From Acidobacteriota bacterium (GTDB taxonomy: Bacteria; Acidobacteriota; UBA890): a stretch of DNA of 46,869 nt. The stretch spans positions 1 through 46,869 of the forward strand of contig JBHHYG010000001.1 of the NCBI GenBank assembly GCA_046757445.1, written 5' to 3'. The stretch's first letter is position 1, and every line of letters starts with the position of its first letter. The notes under the pieces are model-generated. The model made no database searches and was not told the origin of the DNA. It saw nothing but the letters and a program-made list of their open reading frames with translations. Shown one piece after another: positions 33,301 to 39,965 of this stretch. The translations under genes were made by a program, and so were the position numbers.

Positions 33301-36300
33301 ATGTTCAAAGCCTTCCACGTTTTCCAAGGGAGGAGCCTCGAGGACTTCGCTCCCGCAGTAGAGGTGCAGCGCTTCCTCGAGAGCCTCCAGAGCCGCGATC
33401 GTCTAAGGGTCTCTCCTGCGATTGGGTCGAATGAGGAAGCGAGCATACGCCAGAACTCCGAGTTTGTCGATGGTGCGGTGCCGCACCAAGCACACGGCGT
33501 CTACCAGGACCGATTGTTCAAGAAGCTGAAGATCCCACAGCGCGAGCGCGAAGAAATCCGAGCACTCAGTGACCGCTTCAACTGGTTCATGAAGGTAGGG
33601 TGGAACCTGCTGCAAGTGGCACGAGTCAATCCGGGATTTGCCCGCTTGCAGGAATACGCCGAAGTCATCGACCGCTGGTACACGACGAAGATGAAGTGGG
33701 TTTCACGCTCGGATCAGCGCGTGCGGGAATTGAAAGCCCTCGGCACACGGCAGGTCGAGGCACTCTCGAAGATGATCTTCGACGTGGACTCGATGAGTTA
33801 TCTCTCCGTGCAGGAGATTAAGGACGACACGTCGCGGCTACCGACGGAAGAGGAACTCGCCGCGATCGCCAAGAAGCACGGAGTCGAGAGCGAGGCCTTC
33901 GAAATCTTCCAGCGTATCCGGGAGGACTTTACGGAAGTCCTTGACGCTATTCAGACTGCGGCGGAAAAGGCGCTCGCGGAGCAGTTCCCGCCGGGCTCGG
34001 CAGAGCTGGAGGTGGAGATTGCCCAACTCAATGCGGATATGCGTCAGATGCGTCTGCGGCCTTATTTCCCGCACTCGCGCTTCGGCGACTTCTCCGTCAC
34101 CGTGAAGGAAGGAAGGGGCGAGGAGGTCAGGACCGTTTATATGCAGCAGTTCCCCTCGCGCAAGGCCGCGAGGAAGGCCGCACTTACCCTTCGTAGAGAG
34201 TTCCCCGAAGCCGCGGGCTTTAGCGTCGGGGTGGATAAGATCCCCAAGACCGTGCAGGTGTTCCGGGGGCTTCCACCGACGCTGCTGAAGGCGATGAAGG
34301 CGAAGTTGGGTCTCAGCGAGGAGCAGCGGGCTTGGTTCGACAGGTTGATTGTGGAGTTCTCGCCGGCGAAGAGCTTCCGCAAGCGGTTCCTGAGACGCAA
34401 GGATATTCCTGGCTTCAGTCTCAACGCGATGAGAGGCTATGCAGATTACTTCTTCCACGGCGCAGGATACATTGCTCGTGTGCAGTGGGGAGGTGACCTC
34501 GAGTCAATAATCTCCGATGCGCGGAAAGAGACTTCAGAACTGCGCTTGACAATGGGGAGAGAGGGGGTCGCGGACGTAAGTAAGCGTGAGGAGATCATCG
34601 AGTTCATGCGTGATCACCTCTCTCACATCATGGACCCGAAACCAGACTGGGCGCAGTTGCGCAGCGTGGCGTTTCAATGGCACTTGGGTTATGTACCGGT
34701 TTCTGCCGTGCTGAACTTGACGCAGGTGCCTATGGTGACGTGGCCTTACCTTGCAGCACGCTTCGGGGACGGTCGAGCCATCGGGGCGATAAGGCGCGCA
34801 ACCTTCGACTTCAAGAAGGCATTTGAGAAGGGGTCTCCAGACGCTTCGGACGCACTGTTGCGCGGACTTAACCTTGGGATGGAGCAGGGTTTTCTCGATG
34901 AGTCGTTTGCGAAGGAGCTTGCCGCGACGGCGAGTGGGAGCAACCTCGCTCGCCTCTTGCCGGGTTCGAAGCTCGAGAGGATGCTTATGCAATCCGCGCA
35001 CTGGAGCGCCTTCATGTTCCAGACCAGCGAGAAGTTCAATCGGAGTGTTACTTTCCGGGCGGCGTGGAACTTAGCACTTGAAAATCCCGGCGCCGAATAC
35101 CTCACCGAGCTTCGCGACACCAATACGCTGCAATTTCGAGAACTCGTTGGCCAAGGCTGGAGCGAACTCGAAGCTACCGCGTTCCTCGCCGGGAAGGACG
35201 CGGTGCAACGCACGCAGTTCCAATACTCGCAGCACGCCCGCCCGCGGTTCATGCGTGGCAGAGCCGGGACGGTGCTGACGTTCTTCATGTTCGTGCAGCA
35301 TATGCTCTGGTTCTCAACACATTCCCCAGGAAAAGGACGCTACTTGCTCATGATGTTCTTCATGGCGGGGTTGATGGGGCTGCCGGGGGCAGAGGATTTG
35401 GCGGGGATCGCCAAGTTTATGGGACGGTCGTTCTTCGGCGCGGACTTCGACGTAGAACGGGAGACAAGGGAGTTTGTGCTTGCGCTCGTGGATGGCGAGG
35501 ACTTGCCTCCCGATATGATCCTGCATGGGATCTCGCGAGTAGGCTTCGGTATTCCTGCCGTGATGGACATGGTAGGTGTGCCCTTCCCGATGTTCGACAT
35601 GAGCGCGAACATCGGCCTTGGACAGGTCGTTCCGGGGCTGGCGCAGATCGGCGACCAGGGAGACTTCGAGCAAAAATTCGCCCGTATCACGACTCGTGCG
35701 GCGGGCGCCGTGTTCGGAACTGGGATCAATGTGCTCCGGGCGCTCACGGACAATGAACTTCCTGTCGATGACTTCAAGCGCATGGAGCGGGCATTCCCGC
35801 GCTCGCTGAAGAATGTGATGAAGGCCTCGCGGTTCTTCCAGGAGGAGCGCGAACGAACTCGGACGGGCGCTACAGTGATCGAGTTCGATGCGAGCGACCC
35901 CGAGGACCTCGCGGAGATCGTAGCACAGGGCCTCGGGTTCACCCCGACGCGGCTGGGGCGCAAGTGGGATCGCCAGCGGGCTCAGGCGGAGGTGATCGCG
36001 TTCTGGCGGATAAGGAAAGGGATGCTCATGCGGCAGTACGATCATGCCTTCGCCGTTAGAAGTGGCGAGGGGGTGAAGGATGTTCTCGCAGATATGAAAC
36101 GCTTCAACAACACCACGCCGTTTCCCAGTATGAGGATACGCCGAAGCGACCTCGCGCGGAGCCGAAAGGCGCGTAATCGGGCGCGGAGACTGTTCGAGTT
36201 GGGACTGCCGACGGCGAGGCGCGAAATCCCGATTGCGCGAGATGTACAGCGGCTGTTCCCTGAGGTTGAAGATATTGAGGATGTCTCGAGGAAACGATAA
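30340..36300 (+). CDS. Giant virion-associated multidomain protein, 1986 aa, with HExxH zincin motif and hydrophobic C-terminal segments (ejection / internal virion protein candidate)
   Basis: Uninterrupted 5.96-kb ORF. HEFGH at 32944..32958. Gly/Ala-rich amphipathic N-terminal third. Hydrophobic stretches near 35260..35400. Confidence 0.85.
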   Translation: MVENPRLSPIGQALLDLTEEPVEPVPLPSRVPGLSPIGQTLLDLQGPAPAPTLVPEPPGRPSILGEFTTGVASGTRRLGAEALAVGGVTTAIFGAEETSQELLELAQAREEDIRARFPRTVEFAEAFDSPGNMARFVARLLGEQTPVIASIILGGGIGGLVGRAVGKRALSAAAGDAIVQKFVARGALGGVVGATTGIETGATALEQQEAIGGVEPGVALTAGIAKGILEAVVPFAFARRLGILPGQADDFISRIGAQLSRVGGRPARVAAGLTAGGTVEAATETLQEAVDVAARSFVDDNFDALGPGVGDRILEAAFSGGVVGLLLGGVGGAVAPSAPSRPEGPRFVPPPPPEGPPGVIIPEAPGPEPLGLPAPPLRLPSPVEPEAPPIELPGEVQEGDFSTEVFVSGAVSGTGFKFAGQTTPGGTTVTSFTPPNLAQFAVAHVGVANVKLLQVDKKGLSKDAVSADLASLPSVGELTRKNPRVRLLKRETAIEALRLAKEAVTLSDKTGVEPLVQGELRFLDALDKGFRFTPEEGDGFVVIGELPQTREIGVEELGADPEFLTSGRFLVKPQAGVPLVGDSQGRRLFNITSPSAPFIGREEESLFKVDVSKLPADQFTTSSALSFASAFPGGIIRKDLTQARLESIVRDSPTLSFAKGTRRVDKAKIAGLIADSAQLDPGGTRLHARELIRLGLRRRPGGAFTGGVFVGKELPRRALLRVPAEPVFGESRSIGFRAPPAQALVELTVPTRAKTLRGKAYDAASHRPGTTVVLVNVETVPTQKEKTLATGVARFYDTMLKRFGLNDQKLVVFLGSPGPTSHGSFSLSPTSGGFYVGFDDKVSNLITLNPKQLGDVGTRPGFLFDGVPHEFGHLISHRALLQADASVQRRLLSAYNRSLIKATEGTFTNFVFEFFSPLKAVATAESLQEEGRLPAREALRDESKDKEYWFNFEEWFANHVARWFQTQREPMGILEKFFNGIAQRLKTMFKAFHVFQGRSLEDFAPAVEVQRFLESLQSRDRLRVSPAIGSNEEASIRQNSEFVDGAVPHQAHGVYQDRLFKKLKIPQREREEIRALSDRFNWFMKVGWNLLQVARVNPGFARLQEYAEVIDRWYTTKMKWVSRSDQRVRELKALGTRQVEALSKMIFDVDSMSYLSVQEIKDDTSRLPTEEELAAIAKKHGVESEAFEIFQRIREDFTEVLDAIQTAAEKALAEQFPPGSAELEVEIAQLNADMRQMRLRPYFPHSRFGDFSVTVKEGRGEEVRTVYMQQFPSRKAARKAALTLRREFPEAAGFSVGVDKIPKTVQVFRGLPPTLLKAMKAKLGLSEEQRAWFDRLIVEFSPAKSFRKRFLRRKDIPGFSLNAMRGYADYFFHGAGYIARVQWGGDLESIISDARKETSELRLTMGREGVADVSKREEIIEFMRDHLSHIMDPKPDWAQLRSVAFQWHLGYVPVSAVLNLTQVPMVTWPYLAARFGDGRAIGAIRRATFDFKKAFEKGSPDASDALLRGLNLGMEQGFLDESFAKELAATASGSNLARLLPGSKLERMLMQSAHWSAFMFQTSEKFNRSVTFRAAWNLALENPGAEYLTELRDTNTLQFRELVGQGWSELEATAFLAGKDAVQRTQFQYSQHARPRFMRGRAGTVLTFFMFVQHMLWFSTHSPGKGRYLLMMFFMAGLMGLPGAEDLAGIAKFMGRSFFGADFDVERETREFVLALVDGEDLPPDMILHGISRVGFGIPAVMDMVGVPFPMFDMSANIGLGQVVPGLAQIGDQGDFEQKFARITTRAAGAVFGTGINVLRALTDNELPVDDFKRMERAFPRSLKNVMKASRFFQEERERTRTGATVIEFDASDPEDLAEIVAQGLGFTPTRLGRKWDRQRAQAEVIAFWRIRKGMLMRQYDHAFAVRSGEGVKDVLADMKRFNNTTPFPSMRIRRSDLARSRKARNRARRLFELGLPTARREIPIARDVQRLFPEVEDIEDVSRKR

Positions 36301-36725
36301 TGACCATCAGCAACGTCACCTTCCCCACTGATCTGCTCCTGCGTCGGAAGCGCTCGGATATGGCGGGTTTTAACTTCTATGTCGAGCGGAAGTGGTGGAT
36401 CTTCTACGACGAGACCCACCAGGGATTCGAGCCTACAACTCGTCGATATGACATCCCTAAAAACTTCGGCACAGACTTTTCCTCCGTTCCGGGGCTCTTC
36501 CGCAGCCTGGCCTCCAAAGTAGACTCTATCGAGGGCAGCACGGTCCACGACCACGCCTATCGGTTCAAGGTTCTCCCGCGGAGAACTGCGGATGCGCTGT
36601 TCCGCGAGATAATGATTGCCGCCGGGAAGAGCTGGTTCAAGCGCAATCTGATGTGGCTCGGCGTGCGGGCGGGGGGCTGGTGGACCTATAGAGAAGGTAG
36701 GCCCCGCCGAGTTGACGGGGCCTAG
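36300..36725 (+). CDS. DUF1353-family protein, 141 aa
   Basis: YDIPKNFGTDFSSVPGLFRS...STVHDHAY...RRTADALFREIM...GVRAGGWW matches the DUF1353 pattern (F-x-TD-x-AS-x-P, HD, AD) as I remember it. Confidence 0.6.
   Translation: MTISNVTFPTDLLLRRKRSDMAGFNFYVERKWWIFYDETHQGFEPTTRRYDIPKNFGTDFSSVPGLFRSLASKVDSIEGSTVHDHAYRFKVLPRRTADALFREIMIAAGKSWFKRNLMWLGVRAGGWWTYREGRPRRVDGA
36699..36723. terminator. Hairpin at the convergence point of the two arms (AGGCCCCG-9 nt-CGGGGCCT), with no U-run
   Basis: An 8-bp GC stem overlaps the stop codon of 36300..36725 and lies 5 nt from the stop of the convergent 36729..36878 ORF. Confidence 0.3.
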
Positions 36726-36728
36726 GAC

Positions 36729-36878
36729 TCACGGCGGAATAGGCCCTCGAGTCTTTGACAACTTTCGCAGCTTCTGCTCGAGGTAGAAGTTGTAGCACTT
36801 GAGTACAGTCGTGATTACCATGGCGATCGTTATGACCCAGAGAAACCAGTCTGGGATCGTTACTGTGACGGTGGTCAT
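36729..36878 (-). CDS. Small single-pass membrane ORF, 49 aa (not in the ORF track)
   Basis: My translation: MTTVTVTIPDWFLWVITIAMVITTVLKCYNFYLEQKLRKLSKTRGPIPP. ATGA overlap with the MazG-like gene stop. Confidence 0.4.
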   Translation of the reverse strand: MTTVTVTIPDWFLWVITIAMVITTVLKCYNFYLEQKLRKLSKTRGPIPP

Positions 36879-37192
36879 ACTTCTCTTCCTTCCATGCTGG
36901 CGTCGCCTTCGAAATCGTAGTACCTATCACCTTCCACTCGCAGGCGTATCGCCATCGCGGCGACTTGCACAAGTTCTTTCCTCACATCGTCGAGTGACAC
37001 AGCACGCTTCTGGGAGGGCGTCCCTCGGCGTGAAAATTCTATGAGAGCTTCTGCAGTTTCGCCTACTTCCTCTACAAGCGCCGCGAAGAGCATATCTCCT
37101 TCAGGGAATCGCCTGCGCGCCCGAGCAATCTCGTCGTCGATCTTTTCTGCTACGTGGGACCATCCTTGTGATAGTATGATAGGGTAGCTCAT
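36875..37192 (-). CDS. MazG-like nucleotide pyrophosphohydrolase
   Basis: The ALVEEVGETAEALIEF (EExGE) motif plus a downstream acidic helix, at about 105 aa. Confidence 0.55.
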   Translation of the reverse strand: MSYPIILSQGWSHVAEKIDDEIARARRRFPEGDMLFAALVEEVGETAEALIEFSRRGTPSQKRAVSLDDVRKELVQVAAMAIRLRVEGDRYYDFEGDASMEGREV

Positions 37193-37193
37193 T

Positions 37194-38399
37194 CTACTTC
37201 TCCTCCTCTTCGATCTTGACTGGATAGTACAGGATTGTACCCTCCTTCTGAACCATGCGAATATAGCCTGCTTGCGAAGCGGCTTTAATCGCCTCCGCGA
37301 ACTCCTTAGTCCCCATGATCGGCATACAGCGACGCCACAGTTCCTTGTGGTCGATCACGCCGTAGGCGCGGACGTAGGATAGCATCTCCGCGACGGAGCG
37401 CGCCATACTTCCTACGCCCATCGAGTGGAAGACTAACTGCATATCCTCCTCTAGGGCAGTCACGAGGCCGTTTGCGGACTCCATATCCGCGTCGGTGATG
37501 AAGAGTTCGTCGCGGTTCGCCGCGGCGAGGACCATCGCTACCTTGTGGATGTGGGTTTGCTTGCGGGCGATATACCCTCCGAAGCGCTCGCTGGCGAGAT
37601 GTGTCGGGCGGTTACTCCAGTGGTGCTCGTACCAGGCGATGCCCCAAGCCTTCGCTTCCGGCGTCAACTCGTACTCTCCTACCAAGTAGGCGATCTCGTT
37701 CAAGTCTTCGATGAGCTTCTTCCCTTTATCGGTGAACTCTCCCGCATCTACTATGTCTGCAGGATAGGGGACGAGGTGATGCTTCTCATCGCCATAAACG
37801 AACACGACACGGGAGGTCAATCCGCCCAAGATTAACTCCTCGGGAAAGTTCTTCCGCAGCCACGCCGGCGTTGTGCAGCCGATCACGTTGATCCAGGGGT
37901 TGACAATGAGGTCCGATCCCATAGTCTTAGTCTTCTTGCCCCATTCTTCCAGCTGCCCGTCCCAGAGAGAGACTAGGGCATCCACGAGGTCTTGGTCCTC
38001 CGGTTTGAGGAAGGTGCCGAGTTCCGAGATGGCGCAAGTGATACAAGACATCGGTAGGAACTCTTCCCCATAGGAAATGTCCCGCCGAGACTCCGCAAGG
38101 GATTGAGTTAGTGCCTGCCATGTGATCGCTTGGGGGCCGAAGTTGACACCCTCGACCTCTTCGAGTAGCTTCATGCCGACGCGGACAGAGGTGGACTTCG
38201 TAGCGATGCCCGGAGGCCCCACGAAGATAATATAGAAGTTGGGCGTCCACTGGAAATACCGCTGGTCTATCCAAACTTGGCGACGCAAGGCGCCCGCGAT
38301 CGTGGACACTCCAACCCAGAAATGGAACAGGCTGGGCGCCTCGCTGTGCTGTGTATAGTCCGAGTATTCCCGTAGCCAATTCTTAAATATCCGGGCCAA
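37194..38399 (-). CDS. P-loop NTPase, DUF3987 / primase-associated helicase-like, 401 aa
   Basis: FVGPPGIATKST (Walker A-like), AISELGTF, RVVFVYGDE. TTG start at 38399 (no in-frame ATG nearby). Family assignment is tentative. Confidence 0.6.
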   Translation of the reverse strand: MARIFKNWLREYSDYTQHSEAPSLFHFWVGVSTIAGALRRQVWIDQRYFQWTPNFYIIFVGPPGIATKSTSVRVGMKLLEEVEGVNFGPQAITWQALTQSLAESRRDISYGEEFLPMSCITCAISELGTFLKPEDQDLVDALVSLWDGQLEEWGKKTKTMGSDLIVNPWINVIGCTTPAWLRKNFPEELILGGLTSRVVFVYGDEKHHLVPYPADIVDAGEFTDKGKKLIEDLNEIAYLVGEYELTPEAKAWGIAWYEHHWSNRPTHLASERFGGYIARKQTHIHKVAMVLAAANRDELFITDADMESANGLVTALEEDMQLVFHSMGVGSMARSVAEMLSYVRAYGVIDHKELWRRCMPIMGTKEFAEAIKAASQAGYIRMVQKEGTILYYPVKIEEEEK

Positions 38400-38763
38400 T
38401 CTCTACGCCGTCGCGGAAGGAGAAGCTAGGAGGGATACAATTCAGGTATCGTATCGGCTTGTGCAGCGTCTTGGCGAACTTGATCTCGCTGCTCACGCCG
38501 AGAGAGTCCTCCCAACCGGGTAGACAGAGCACCCACAGTTCGCTCGCGGCGCGTATAAGGGCTTCATTCAGCTGCCTCCAGAAAGCGTAGTCGGTACGAA
38601 GCTCGTAGCGCCGAGCTAGATCGTGACAGTGGAGCACGGGAGAGAGCATTACGACTCCGCCTCTCGTGAACTCGCCAACGCACTCCTGCGCGATCTTGTA
38701 GCGCTCGTCCATTTTCTGCTGTGTGTTCGCGGAGTAGGGGGATGCAAGGTAGATGTAGCTCAT
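38383..38763 (-). CDS. DUF1937-like (nucleoside 2-deoxyribosyltransferase-like fold) protein
   Basis: MSYIYLASPYS...MLSPVLHCH matches the DUF1937 N-terminal signature, from memory. Confidence 0.55.
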   Translation of the reverse strand: MSYIYLASPYSANTQQKMDERYKIAQECVGEFTRGGVVMLSPVLHCHDLARRYELRTDYAFWRQLNEALIRAASELWVLCLPGWEDSLGVSSEIKFAKTLHKPIRYLNCIPPSFSFRDGVEIGPDI

Positions 38764-38775
38764 TGGGGCTCCTTT

Positions 38776-38818
38776 TCTATAGCAGGGGGTTGACAGATTG
38801 TCAACCCGCGGGTATCAC
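38776..38818. promoter_or_regulatory. Palindrome GGGTTGACagattGTCAACCC with promoter-like hexamers on both strands (minus: TTGACA-17-TATAGA)
   Basis: Lies in a 51-nt gap between polA part II and the DUF1937 gene. The core matches the element at 17201..17219. The TATAGA is only 12 nt from the ATG at 38763. Confidence 0.35.
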
Positions 38819-39600
38819 CATGTTTCAGCTTCGGCGTCCCCCCAGGACTTGCGGCTAGTTTTCAGCCCCCAAGGAATGATGAGTGGGTCGTCATAGGGAA
38901 CAACGACCTCGAGAGCATCGCGGATTTCGCCACGGGAACCGTGTCTGGAGATAGGGTATTGTAGTACCAGGCTGTCATGGACCTGGAGTAGTAGTTGCGC
39001 CCAGGAGATTTGCTCGTCCACATTAATGCCTCCCTTCGCACAAACTAACGCCACGGTAGATTGCTGGATCCACGTGAGCGCTTCGGTGAAGACATTATCA
39101 ATCCGGTCGAAGAACGTGATCCTGTAACCGAAGCGATTGATGATTGTGCGAGGAGGATTGCCCTCCACCCGGCCTTGGAGACACGCGAGGATGTAGTCGT
39201 GGCGCGCTTCGATTGCCGGGTGTAGGCCAAACCAGATTTTCTGGAAGTTCTCTGCTTCGACAACCGGAATACCGATTTGCCGAGCAAGGCCGGCAGGCCG
39301 CCCCCCATTGTGCGTTGCGTGGACACACTTCTTGCAGTTGTTGTAAAGGCCTCCTGTATAGTCAGTGGCTTTGATCGCCTCGTCACTCCAGCCTCGGACC
39401 TTCTCAGGGAACACGTCGCGGGCGTTCTTGATATGCACGTTGACTCCTGCGCGGAAGGCGGCTTTGAGATCCTCGTCCCCAGCGTCCCATGCGACGACCT
39501 GTGCCTCCGCGCCGGTAAGGTCGCACTCTGCGATGATGTAGCCGGCGTCTGGGACGAAAAAGCGGCGGATGTTGGGGAGTTGGATTGTCTGAGCAACCAT
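38815..39600 (-). CDS. polA: DNA polymerase I family, part II (palm and fingers, motifs A-C)
   Basis: ATG at 39600 in a TAATG junction. IRRFFVPDAGYIIAECDLTGAEAQVVAW (motif A region), KKCVHATHNGG (divergent motif B), LLLQVHDSLVLQ (motif C). Confidence 0.8.
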   Translation of the reverse strand: MVAQTIQLPNIRRFFVPDAGYIIAECDLTGAEAQVVAWDAGDEDLKAAFRAGVNVHIKNARDVFPEKVRGWSDEAIKATDYTGGLYNNCKKCVHATHNGGRPAGLARQIGIPVVEAENFQKIWFGLHPAIEARHDYILACLQGRVEGNPPRTIINRFGYRITFFDRIDNVFTEALTWIQQSTVALVCAKGGINVDEQISWAQLLLQVHDSLVLQYPISRHGSRGEIRDALEVVVPYDDPLIIPWGLKTSRKSWGDAEAETW

Positions 39601-39965
39601 TACCCTCGCGCCTCCCGCGCCCGACGGAGGGCCTGATATTGCTTCTCCGTGAGGAAGCCTTTGTCCTCCCACCATTCGTGTACGCTCTCGACGAAGTCGC
39701 GGAAGGAACTCGCAGGCGAGACAGAGGTGAAGAGATCTTCGAAAAGAGTGTCGATCTCTTCTGCATCGGTGTGGTGTTTGCCTCTAGGTGCTTCGTCGTC
39801 GTCAGCGGCACGCATCCTCACCTTGCCGCGCAGGAGTTCCTCCCAGCTGTTGTTCATCTCCGCGAGCATGGCGTTCGCCTTCCGCAGGGCGGACAGCGCC
39901 TCACCGTCAGACGGCGATGTGGCGAGCATCATGATCTTGATAAACTTCTCAAGATTTGGGGACAT
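39600..39965 (-). CDS. DUF2786-like protein, 121 aa, inserted between the two polA parts
   Basis: GGAGGAGG SD upstream of the ATG at 39965. KFIKIMMLATSPSDGEALSALRKANAMLAEMN fits the DUF2786 pattern. C-terminus ...FLTEKQYQALRRA. Confidence 0.6.
   Translation of the reverse strand: MSPNLEKFIKIMMLATSPSDGEALSALRKANAMLAEMNNSWEELLRGKVRMRAADDDEAPRGKHHTDAEEIDTLFEDLFTSVSPASSFRDFVESVHEWWEDKGFLTEKQYQALRRAREARG

Noticed and set aside
39601-39948. Readthrough or frameshift joining the two polA parts into one polypeptide
   Set aside because: Parts I and II share a frame, but translating the spacer in that frame meets another stop at 39907..39909 after 14 codons. The spacer is instead occupied by a well-formed ORF in a different frame.
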